NCBI RefSeq assembly: GCF_001194135.2
Contig: NC_068981.1
Location: forward strand, 167,369,741-167,409,067
Reading direction: 5' to 3'
DNA length: 39,327 bases
Origin: Octopus bimaculoides
Taxonomy: Eukaryota
The notes under the pieces were generated by a model, which saw only the letters and a program-made list of their open reading frames with translations, searched no databases and was not told where the DNA came from. This document shows, piece by piece, positions 1 through 10,879 of the stretch. Numbering within the stretch: position 1 is the stretch's first letter; every line of letters starts with the position of its first letter. The position numbers and the translations under genes were made by a program.

Positions 1-49
<49 letters not shown>

Positions 50-773
50 CACATATATATATGTATGTAAATATATGTATATAAGTAAATGTACAGAGAT
101 ACACACATGTTCGATCAATTGAATTACCTGCTAATGGCATCAGCCTGTAAATTGTCGAGCATTTTAGTAAACACATATACCTCGGGTACAATCAGCGCGG
201 TAGACTGTGTGAGAAGACTCTAGCTTTGAATCGGAGGTACAATCTATTGGATTCTAAACATGTAGTAAACCTAATTTCTCGCCCGCTTTAACATAAACAC
301 TTGGTTTCAGGGTTCTCTTAGTGGACACCACTCTGTTGCAAGCATTTACATCAAGTCTTTCACATGATTCGCCGTTTATTTTTTACCTTTCCCTTCTAAT
401 CGTCTGGTTAAACCATAAAAGAAAAATCAATGATTAGACTTATTAAACGAGAAATATATTTCCAAATGCCGTAGAAACTGAAAGGAAATAAAGGGAAAAG
501 GACAACATTAATAATTGACAAATATTTTTGTGTTGGTAAGTATGAACGACAATTTCGTGTGTGCGTCGCCTTTCTATGAAGGTTCTTCAGTGAAGCGTAG
601 CGTCATCGTAACTTAGCAAAATGAACAAATCACTAAGTAGACTAAATCGTACTTTTCTTTGAACTGGAATAGGAGACATGATGTCATCTGCATAATAATT
701 ACATAGTTATGTCGGTGAAAGCACACAGCAAGGAATAAATTATGAGTAATAATGAAGGTAAACAATGTGTCTG

Positions 774-778
<5 letters not shown>

Positions 779-804
<26 letters not shown>

Positions 805-966
805 NNNNNNNNNNNNNNNNNNNNNNNNNNNNNNNNNNNNNNNNNNNNNNNNNNNNNNNNNNNNNNNNNNNNNNNNNNNNNNNNNNNNNNNNNNNNNNNN
901 NNNNNNNNNNNNNNGAGAGGGAGAGGGAGAGAGAGAGGGTGAGAGAGAGAGAGGGAGAGAGAGAGA

Positions 967-1003
<37 letters not shown>

Positions 1004-1502
1004 AACGGAAAGCCTGGAGATAAAGGTAGAATTATTGAGTGTGAGTAAGAGTGTTATAGGCAGAGAACAAGAAAGGATCAATGTGTGAAAGAGAGAAAGA
1101 GATAGAGTGAGTGAGTGAGAGAGGTACAATGGAAGAGAAATCAGAAAGAGGATGTAAAAGAAAGAGTGTGAGAGAAAGAGGTAAACTATGAATGAGGAGT
1201 AGTGAAAAAGGAAAGGTAAGTAAAGAGAGCGAACTAAAGAAAGTGGTAGAAAGAGAAAGGCTGATAAATAGATGAAGTTATAAAGAGAGAAACAGAGAGA
1301 GAAAGACTAAGTGGAAGAGAGAGAGAGAGAAAGAGAGAGTTAATGAAAAAGAGTGTAAAAGGAAAGGAAAGAACGTGAACATAAGTTAATAAAGGGAAAA
1401 AGGCTGAGTGGAGAAAGAGAAAGTGATATAGTTATAAAGAGACGAATAGAGAGAGAAACACAGTGTGGATGAGAGAAAGAGAGAGAGAGAGAGGGAGTGA
1501 GT

Positions 1503-1533
<31 letters not shown>

Positions 1534-1715
1534 TAAGAGAGAAACAAAAAGATGAAAATAGAAAGAAAAAAGACGCGAAAGTGTGAAAATCAGAGAACTA
1601 GAGAATAAAATATAAAAAGCGCAAAGAATGAAAAAAAGAACGAAAAAGGAATGATTGAGTGGCAACAAGAGAGTTCATAAGAGAAAGAGTGAGTGAAAGA
1701 AAAATAGAAAGAAAG

Positions 1716-1784
<69 letters not shown>

Positions 1785-1811
1785 NNNNNNNNNNNNNNNN
1801 NNNNNNNNNNN

Positions 1812-1884
<73 letters not shown>
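779..1884. repeat. (GA)n microsatellites and purine-rich low-complexity tract, with two N gaps
   Basis: Long GA runs and GA-rich spacer; gaps at 805-914 and 1785-1811. Source of the ER/RE/LS ORFs. Confidence 0.95.
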
Positions 1885-1885
<1 letters not shown>

Positions 1886-1985
1886 GAAACAGCAAGAGAA
1901 TCAGAAATTACTTTTGATTAGAAATAAACTTAATTTGCTGAAAAGGAAGAGATACGAAAACCGTTTGAGTAATAGAGCAAAATCA

Positions 1986-1987
<2 letters not shown>

Positions 1988-2016
<29 letters not shown>

Positions 2017-2120
2017 TGTATGTATGTATGTATGTATGTATGTATGTATATGGATATATATATATATGTTATATGTTATATGTATGTGTATGTATACGTA
2101 TATAAATATGCTTGCATGTA

Positions 2121-2165
<45 letters not shown>
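1988..2165. repeat. (TATG)n/(TA)n compound microsatellite
   Basis: Directly visible tandem units. Confidence 0.95.
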
Positions 2166-2167
<2 letters not shown>

Positions 2168-2345
2168 AGTGCATTTCATAGATTACAAGGCCAAGACATA
2201 ACTGAAGTCAAAATGAGGTAGAATAAAATCAATAAAAACATATTTATACGTAATAGCGTATCCATAAACCATAAACCCCCAAACAAGAATAATCCTTTCC
2301 TGAATTAGAATCCCCATGATTAGCAATCACGTAATATCAATATCA

Positions 2346-2395
<50 letters not shown>

Positions 2396-3309
2396 CTAAG
2401 AAGCTTCCCATGAGTAAAATTAATTTACAAAGCAAAAGAAGATGCCTTTAAAATTATGAATAAAAGAAAGGAAGAATTTTTCATTTTTATTAAAATATGG
2501 TACCGGTTTCAATCATTTGAAAAGCCTATTTCGTCATGCTGAAATAAAAGGAAAGATACATTGAAATATATATATCGAAGAAATGTGTTGTGTAGAATGG
2601 GTAAAGAGTTTTCTTGTCCATGATATGTAAAGTCCGATAAGAATTCATATCCTGTTATTTCGAATGCAGGTATCAATTCCTTGTATTGTTCATTCAAAAG
2701 GATCTTGTAGTATAAATGAATTTTGAGAATTATATGGGTAAGGGGAAGTAGATAAAGTGAGAAATAAATAGATAAGAATATTAGAAAGAAGAATGTATGG
2801 GAAAGAGTGGTATTCTTAACAGCTAGAGTAGAGGTAGGGAAGGAAAAAGAAAAAGAAAAAGAGAAAAAGAAATGAGTAATGCTAGATGCTCGTCAAGATA
2901 TTTTAAAGTGGTGAGGAGAGGAGAGATATCAATAGATAAAAGGAATAGGGGGAGGGATAGAATGAAGAGACAAGAAGGTAAGAAAGTATGTGTGAGAAGT
3001 TGACAGTGGAGGATAGGTTTGAAAAGGCATCAAGGTGGAGGAATAGATAAAGAATGTGGTATAGAAGGGAAGGGAATACTAAATGTGAGTAGTAAACCTC
3101 GAGAAGGAGGAAAGGGGTGAAATAATAAGGAAGAGTGCTAGGAATTAAGGAGTGAATGTGGAGATATAATGGTCAAGTTTCTAAAAATAGACATAGAAAT
3201 TTATAAGAAGTCAGCTAAAATGAAGGAAGGAAGTTATAGTGGGGACTGATAAATCAGTAAGAGAAAGAAAAATACGTATATAAATATACACACATATATG
3301 CACGTCAAG

Positions 3310-4850
3310 GAGAAATTAAAAGTTAACCTATGGTCCTGTACAGGTGAAGTCATAACATTGTTTCATATCTTGAACAACAAAAACTCTTCTTCAATTTGAT
3401 ATAAATTTACTACTCCTCTATTTCCCTTAAACTACTAAATAAAGCCCTCCTTCGAGCTAGGAATCTAACTAACCTAACTCCACTAGAAATTAACAATTTT
3501 TAACGCCAGAGAAATGCTAATTTCTTTCGAGGACAAGCTCTGGTGCTGGGCCAATCCCTATAACACCAACAACAACTATAGCAACTTCTTCGTCATTACT
3601 ATGGGATCATCCAACTCTTCCCAGGTCACGGACTTCGTTGGACTATATTTACTCCATCAGCTCCGAGCACACTTCCCTAATATAAAGGGAGATCTGTACA
3701 GAGATGACGTTTTGCTAGTCACCAAGGGCGTAAATAAATCCTCTTTAGAACGAATAAGGAAAGATCTACACAAGTTCGTCTCTAACTTAAATCTATCTAT
3801 TACTTTTGAAAACTCTCTTAAAACCGCTAAATTTTTAGACGTTACTTTAAACTTAGAAATGTTCCGCATATCATAAACCCAACCAGTACCTTAAGTATTT
3901 AAGCACTAACTCCAATCACCACAAATCAACCTTCAATAATATAGTTAAGGGCATCTCCATTCGTATATCTGACCTCTCAGCCACTGAAGAAATATTCAAT
4001 AACCACGCCCCATGTTACAACCAAGCGCTTGCTACCAGCGGCTTCTCTCAGCAAATAAAATACATTTCTAATACTAGGCTCAAACAACATATGTTCCAAG
4101 TCATATCACTTCAACGCGCTAACCATCATAATCATAACCGACTATATGTGCATTATACTATAATCTAGAAGGAACACAGATTAAGACGGCTTCGACCCCC
4201 ACACATATATCTCCAGGTCAAAATCAAAAACAGTTAACAACATCACATTATCTTGAACATGAACTAACACTCTTTTTCTCACTTCTTTCAAACATCACTT
4301 TTTTCATTTTTTCACTTTTTCACTTTTTGTTTTTTTCTCTCTTTTCACTTTTTTCTTTTTTCTTTCTTTCTTCTTCATTTTCTCTTCCTGTTTTCAATTT
4401 GACCTATATTCTCATTCTAATCATACACATCTCTCTTCTCCCAATCTATCGACAAATACTACTAATACATTCTCAAATTTTCATTCACACCACAAAATCC
4501 TTTCGAACGGACAACACAGAATCCACGGCTCCATACTTTGAAATGACTAAACGTGAACTGCTATTAGAACTTATATACCACGTCCAGGAAACTTTTTCAC
4601 TACTTCTATACACCATTTTCCTCGAATAATGGAACTGCAACTACAATATCTTTATATATCTCGTTTCTACTTTCATTCTCTTATTTCCCTCTATACTCCC
4701 TATCTCCTCCTTTTCCGTAATAATTCGAACTGAAATATTTCCTCTGTTTAACCTCCTCACACTGTCTCTGATGAAGGGATATCCATAATATCCCAGAAAC
4801 AGCTGTAAAACTATTTCTTTATAAACGTCCTGAAATCTCCTCACAGCCTT
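3310..4850 (+). mobile_element. 5'-truncated, frameshifted Penelope-like retroelement (reverse transcriptase and thumb, then 3' pLTR)
   Basis: ORF 3514-3876 has ITMGSSNSSQVTDFVGLYLL, LYRDD and KFLDVTLNL, typical of PLE RT. Upstream QFDI lies across frameshifts. Downstream HKPNQYLKYLSTNSNH...KGISIRISDLSATEEIFNNHAPCYNQALATSGF matches the PLE thumb. Ends in a hammerhead motif. Confidence 0.9.
4764..4811 (+). ncRNA. Minimal type I hammerhead ribozyme motif in the PLE 3' repeat
   Basis: CTGATGA 4768-4774; stem II GGGATA/TATCCC; GAAA 4796-4799; palindromic CAGCTG then TA (GUA triplet 4805-4807); stem I GTCT/AAAC with one mismatch. Confidence 0.7.
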
Positions 4851-4851
4851 G

Positions 4852-5000
4852 AGTTTCCATCTACCAAATACACTCACAAGGCTTTTGTTAGCCCGAGGCT
4901 ATAGTAGAAGACACTTCCCGAAGGTGCAACGCAGTGGGACTGAAGCCGGAACCATGTGGTTGGGAAGCAAACTTCTTAACACACAGCCGTGCCTGCGTCT
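4852..5000 (-). mobile_element. tRNA-derived SINE, type A, partial
   Basis: Matches other copies in the window (ctaccaaat..actcacaaggc..gctatagtagaagacac..aaggtgc..gcagtgggactgaa..ggaaccatgtggttgggaagc). tRNA-like head is on the minus strand. Confidence 0.85.
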
Positions 5001-5163
5001 ATGTATATATGAGTAATAATTTGAAATTTGGGTGTGCACCTTGCAGTATGCCGTTTAAAAACCCGTACACTGTTTAGGCTACCTAATGTCATCAACAGTA
5101 TGAATTTAAATACCACTGGATTCACTTCAGGAATTCCGTCGTGTTCGTAGAGTTTATGACATA

Positions 5164-5522
5164 TGAGAGAAAGAGAAAAAAACGGGATTCACGGGATTCT
5201 TTATCAATAACGACAATCACTTCAACCCATGTGTCGGTCCCTCGCAAAGAGAAGTGTTCTTCATTTTAACTCAAGTTTTCTCACGTATGCGAGTAACCAC
5301 AGAAAACTACCAGAATGTATTCTAATCGAAATAACCGCAACAGAGATTAAAGAACGAGGTTCCTTTTGACATGTTACCTGATGAGGCACATCCGCGCCGA
5401 ATGATACACCACAACTATTTGTACAGAATCTCACCTGCAAAAGACCGATGCACGATGGGTTGAAACGATCGTAATGATTAATAAAGAATCACGCGAATTC
5501 CATTTTCTTTCGCTTTCTCTGA
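5164..5522. mobile_element. MITE-like element with ~90-bp diverged terminal inverted repeats and TA on both flanks
   Basis: 5164-5252 aligns to the reverse complement of 5429-5522 at roughly 75% identity (gggattcacgggattctttatcaat..ttcaacccat..tcggtc versus ggaattcgcgtgattctttattaat..ttcaacccat..tcggtc). TA at 5162-5163 and 5523-5524. Confidence 0.65.
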
Positions 5523-6217
5523 TATATATATATTATACATAGACATGACAGAAGTAAATAGACACCCTTATAATCATAAACATTTGTTTAGATCTGAAAT
5601 TATACATTCAAATTATTTATTAATTGTTATGATGTGAATAGTTAATATTTAGTAGACCCTATTAGATTTATATTTAGACTATGTTACTGAACCTGGGCTA
5701 TTTTTTCTTGTGCCACCCTGTACTTAAAGTCATTTACCCATAGTATCTACATTAATGTCATTGTAATTAGGCATAAGGTTAGAAATTTCCCGCTTTATTT
5801 CAAAATTTATTTTCGTGCTGCTCCCGTTGTGACAATTTTTTCTTGCGATATGATGAAGAGAGAGCTGCTTCGTTCTTAGAGCATAGAATTTCTTCTATGC
5901 TAAGAATTTAAATTAATGTGCTGTTTAACAAAATTTCAGTAATAAAAGTTATCTCCAATGCGTTCTCATTCTCCTATTGTTAATCATATTTTTACAGTCA
6001 TGTGTGTAAAAAATGCTTAAATATATATATTTTCGCAGGATCAGCACTTTCTAAGATATGCAGCCTTTATAAAACTCCCAGTTGGCACGTCTATTTTTTT
6101 CAGATCAACACATACCAGTAGCATACATGTCAATATAAGACAAAATATGACTGCATTTTACCGTATAATTGTGAAAAGAGAGCTAATCATATTTTGAAAA
6201 ATTATATAATAAATATT

Positions 6218-6229
6218 TGCGCATGCGCA
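6218..6229. promoter_or_regulatory. Perfect NRF1/Ewg-type palindrome TGCGCATGCGCA
   Basis: Exact 12-bp consensus palindrome in AT-rich DNA. Function here is untested and it may belong to a repeat. Confidence 0.35.
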
Positions 6230-6368
6230 GAACACCTACCCTAAAATTCCATTTTCAGTAGCCCGTATGTCATTCTTGACAAAAGCGAGTTTATAACACT
6301 AACATTTTCCTGTTCACGACATTGCGAAAAAAATATTATGATGTCGCGAGATTTACATTATTTTTCAG

Positions 6369-7047
6369 TCTATGTTGAAGTTTGGCATTTATCAAGGAAT
6401 GGCAAGTACGATATAAAGAAAAGTTACTCAGAATGTGGTAATAAAAGACTTGAAGTGTTACTTATTCACTTGGAAAGTCGCACCGGGGATATTACATGGG
6501 AATGCGTGCAACAATAAAAATATTCTTGTGTTTCCAAGTCGATGAAGAAATAGGAGTTCCGAAAAACCTTAGTGAATTTAAGGTTGAATTTTATGCTGAT
6601 GCTAAGTTCTTTTTCAATAAAGATTGGCAGCACAGAGAAGAGAATGAGTAAAAAGCGTATCTAAAATGTTGGGCATGCTTAATTTCACTGAAAATTACAA
6701 GTGCAGTTATCAAAGTGCCTACACATCTGCGTTTTAGCTACTGTGCATCCCATCATCAATTATCTATATTTAACAATATGATGAATGGAATGTTTGGAAA
6801 GTTAGATGAATGAAAAGAATAGCGTTTCGCTTTCGATTCATCGTTTATTTCTTGTCAAAAACTTTGTTTTGGACGCGAAGGTTCAACGAAAAATTACAGG
6901 GTAACGTCGGAAAGTTATGTTATATTTGTAGGTTGTGTGTTTATATTGGTAGCGTGTAAAGAGTATACGTGTGAAAGTGGCGATTCTACTAGTGTTTGCG
7001 TTGACAGTTGTACGACTATAAGGCGTATTTTTGTTGCAAATAATTAG
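6369..7047 (+). pseudogene. Decayed coding sequence, best guess a hAT-family transposase remnant
   Basis: One frame has only 3 internal stops over ~198 codons (6452-7047) and overlaps a second open frame (6371-6516). EVWHLSRNGK and YTCESGDST resemble the hAT motifs EVRWLSRGK and YLCESGFST. Family assignment is by eye only. Confidence 0.4.
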
Positions 7048-8239
7048 ACTGGTGGTTCTGATGTATGAATGTTATTCTATAAAACAAAATTACTTTAATA
7101 CGCTCATCTTTGTTTTACTGTTTAGAGCAGCGGAGCCGATGTTTTAGTATCTCTTTACACAGAGAACTTTGACTTACTTTCTATCGTGATTTATTTCTAC
7201 CATATATTTAAACTGAATGGCTTCAAAATCATATCCATACAACATTATAGTATCTAATTCATTTATGATGAATGATACTTTAATAAAATTCAAGGCTAGA
7301 GGTGAAAGCATAATTTTGATCTATAATGCTCAGATTTACACATTTCTAACTAAAATTCTCACTAAATTTTCAATTGTTCTCAAATAAATCATAACCAAAT
7401 GTAGGTTCATGTCAGGAATGATTACAATGATGTTTTATTGTAGTGTAAATTAATATATTTCAGTTATTTGAACACAAGTACCACAATGTTTTAAACTTTA
7501 GGTGTTCCAAATTTACAGGGAAACTTCGCGATTCATCTCTTGTACAAGTGTTCGTGAATTGAAGAAGAATGCGTGTTAAATTGAAATTCTTTCAAATTTC
7601 TGAAGTCACAAGGTTGACAAATTAAAAAAAAAACAGCCTGCAGGATTGTATTAGTGTTATCAGCACTATCAGCTACAATCATGATAAGATATTGTTATTT
7701 TATTGACAGTTATTCCAAAGATTCGAAAATACACATTATTCTTTTAGTACACATTTTTAAAACAAAAATTTGATGATTTGAAATTCAAGTTATTGTATTT
7801 CAGTAAGTTTTACTGGCTTTTAAAATATATTCGGTTACATTCGATTTTATTCATCACTCGATTTAACAAAATCCCTTGCATTTGGGAACCTTTAGTGGAA
7901 ACCGCTCTTTTACTAACATTCAAACCTGGTCTTGAAACTGAGAATAGTCCATGACTTGTCTGAGGCCCTGAAAAGGTTACAGGCTTTGCCTATCCTCCAC
8001 TGACTAAGTCATAAATAATATTTGTCTTTAATTGTTGTTTTTTAGCCACAAGTCAGTATTACGGCCGAATGCATTCCAGCCGTGACTGTCGCGTCGTTTG
8101 TTCAAACACAGTGTCCCAAGTACCAAAATATCCAATATATATTAAAATTTCAAGACGGTAGGCTGTGATTTAAGGAAATTTTGGCAGCAGTTTTATTGCA
8201 GATCGAGAGCGCACGAAACTCTCTTTCATTAATAATGTT

Positions 8240-8390
8240 TGGTAGAAGCGTTAGCGCGTCGGCCACAATACCTTGCGATACTTATTATGTCTCTTTACGT
8301 TGATTTCAAACCCCACCATAATCAACTGCGGTTTTCATCCTTTCGGTTTCGATAAAATTAAGTACCAATTACAGGGATCTTCTCCAAATT
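8240..8390 (+). mobile_element. Old, degenerate tRNA-derived SINE, type B
   Basis: Diverged match to the type B consensus (gcgttagcgcg..tacgttgatttcaaa..ttcatcctttcggtttcgataaaattaagtacc). Confidence 0.6.
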
Positions 8391-8464
8391 TCAGACGTTA
8401 TGCCTCTGTTAGAGAATAAATATGTATCAAAGTCTTTCGTCACACATTTACGATCTGATCATTA

Positions 8465-8660
8465 CCTTATTCTTAGGCGGCGAGCTAGTGACATCGTTAT
8501 CGCATCCGATTTAAATGCTTAGCGGCATTTCTTCCGGTTCTATACATTCTGAGTTTAAATTCCACTAAAGACGACTTTGCCTTTCATCCTTTCAGGATCG
8601 ATACACTTGTAATACGTACCAGTGAAACACTGGGATCGATGTAATCAGTTTACCTCCTCT
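8465..8660 (+). mobile_element. tRNA-derived SINE, type B
   Basis: ggcggcgagctag..ttctgagtttaaattcc..gactttgcctttcatcctttcagg..gtaccag..cactgggatcgatgtaatc, as in the other type B copies. Confidence 0.85.
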
Positions 8661-9243
8661 CACTAAGATTACTATCCTTGTGCTATAATTTGGAATCATT
8701 ATTGACCTATTCCATTGTAAACGACTTAGATATACATTTCAAATAGTAGAAGTACTTTTGTTTGTCTCAATGGAAAGACCAAATATTTCATAAACGCAGT
8801 TAGCCAAAGCATTTCAGTAAGTATGAAATGAAAAAAGGTAAAAAATAATTGGTTGAATATTGCAATGAGAATACCAATTTGATATTGTCATAGACAACTA
8901 ACTTGGTATTGTTCTTCGAAACTGGATACATGAGTTAAGCTGCCATTCTGTGTATCTAACGAATAGGAATATATCACCTAAAGAAGTGTGGTGAACAAAA
9001 GAAAATATTTACAGTAAGCTCATACGTAACTGATTATTTTATTTATAGTTTTCTATTCAAACTGATAGGAATAATATTTGTCATGTACTGCTTTCTTTAT
9101 ATAACTAATTACTGGTATTGCTGTTATTGTACTATCAACAATATCTATTAGCATGTGGGTGTGGGTGTATATATACATACATACACACTTACGTACATAT
9201 ACACATATGTGAATTATTGTGTGTGTGTTATTATGTGCGTGTA

Positions 9244-9305
<62 letters not shown>

Positions 9306-9356
9306 TACGAATATACATGTATGTATGTATACATGCACGTACACATACCCACAGAT

Positions 9357-10200
9357 AATATTTGACTGTCAACAACAATTTCGTATAAGAGCATTGCGGG
9401 GTGTCATAAAGGTTTGAGAAATGACGCGCGTGTGTTTATATAGCGCAAGATAGATAGACAGATAGATAGATACATACATACATATTTTGACTGTCAACAA
9501 TGATTTGGTGTAAAAGCATATATCAACAAGCATATATAGTTACATAATTGCAATGAATAGAGAAAAAAGAATACAGTATAAAAGGCAAATAATTGTATGC
9601 AGTGAACAATAGAGTTAGATATTCAAAATGACAATTATTAACCTCGCCTCACAAGATTTCTTTCTCGTTAGAACAGTGTTTTTCTTCAAGTGGATTAGCT
9701 TCGTTAAAGAGGCAATGTTAAAGTCTGCAAAATAATTATATAAATATATGTGTCTGTGTGTGGGTAGATGTATGGATGTATTGTGTGAGTGTCTTTACGA
9801 TATAGACATATATATATATATATGTATCATAGTTACAAAGACAGGGAGAGGGAGAGAGAGAGTGATACAGAAGCAAACGGATAGACAGACAGTTAAACAG
9901 ACATACAAACTGACAAGCAGACAGACAGATATTTAATTTGATTGTCAACTACAATTTGGTACAAAAGCATATACGCATGTATGTACAGTTCTCTAATGGT
10001 AAATCATAGAGAGTATACACAACGGCATGAAAGGCAAATCATTGTATGCAGAAAATTAAGGCATTTAAAATTGCATAATCAAAATGGCAATCAAAAGATT
10101 CTCGGCAGTAAAATGGCGTTTCTCTTGGAATAAATAATGTCCCTCTCGAAGTGAGTTGATAGTATTAAAGCTCGCGAAATGACATTAAATGTTCTGAAAT
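9357..10200 (+). repeat. Diverged local duplication, three unit starts (about 9357, 9481 and 9929)
   Basis: Recurrent atatttt/ttgactgtcaac..atttggt..aaaagcatat; aaggcaaat(a/c)attgtatgcag occurs near 9582 and 10032. Confidence 0.6.
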
Positions 10201-10879
10201 TATGTATGTGAGTGTCCGTGCCTATGTGTCAATGTGTGTATATATGTATATTTATATTATATATGTATAGTGATGATATATATATATATATATATANNNN
10301 NNNNNNNNNNNNNNNNNNNNNNNNNNNNNNNNNNNNNNNNNNNNNNNNNNNNNNNNNNNNNNNNNNNNNNNNNNNNNNNNNNNNNNNNNNNNNNNNNNNN
10401 NNNNNNNNNNNNNNNNNNNNNNNNNNNNNNNNNNNNNNNNNNNNNNNNNNNNNNNNNNNNNNNNNNNNNNNNNNNNNNNNNNNNNNNNNNNNNNNNNNNN
10501 NNNNNNNNNNNNNNNNNNNNNNNNNNNNNNNNNNNNNNNNNNNNNNNNNNNNNNNNNNNNNNNNNNNNNNNNNNNNNNNNNNNNNNNNNNNNNNNNNNNN
10601 NNNNNNNNNNNNNNNNNNNNNNNNNNNNNNNNNNNNNNNNNNNNNNNNNNNNNNNNNNNNNNNNNNNNNNNNNNNNNNNNNNNNNNNNNNNNNNNNNNNN
10701 NNNNNNNNNNNNNNNNNNNNNNNNNNNNNNNNNNNNNNNNNNNNNNNNNNNNNNNNNNNNNNNNNNNNNNNNNNNNNNNNNNNNNNNNNNNNNNNNNNNN
10801 NNNNNNNNNNNNNNNNNNNNNNNNNNNNNNNNNNNNNNNNNNNNNNNNNNNNNNNNNNNNNNNNNNATATATATATTTA

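Noticed and set aside
2501-2541. Minus-strand GAAACCGGTA resembling a PLE hammerhead 3' half
   Set aside because: The upstream core is CAGCATGA rather than CTGATGA, and no stem I or stem II pairing is present.
2509-2697. Minus ORF MNEQYKELIPAFEITGYEF...
   Set aside because: No recognisable domain and no partner exons; it adjoins a low-complexity tract and may be repeat debris.
5379-5410. CTGATGA-GGC...GCC-GAAT, hammerhead-like
   Set aside because: GAAT instead of GAAA and no stem I or III partner; it lies inside the MITE.
5379-5435. Minus-strand mini-exon with good splice sites (VRFCTNSCGVSFGADVPHQ)
   Set aside because: The sites fall within the MITE arm and interior, and no linked exons were found.
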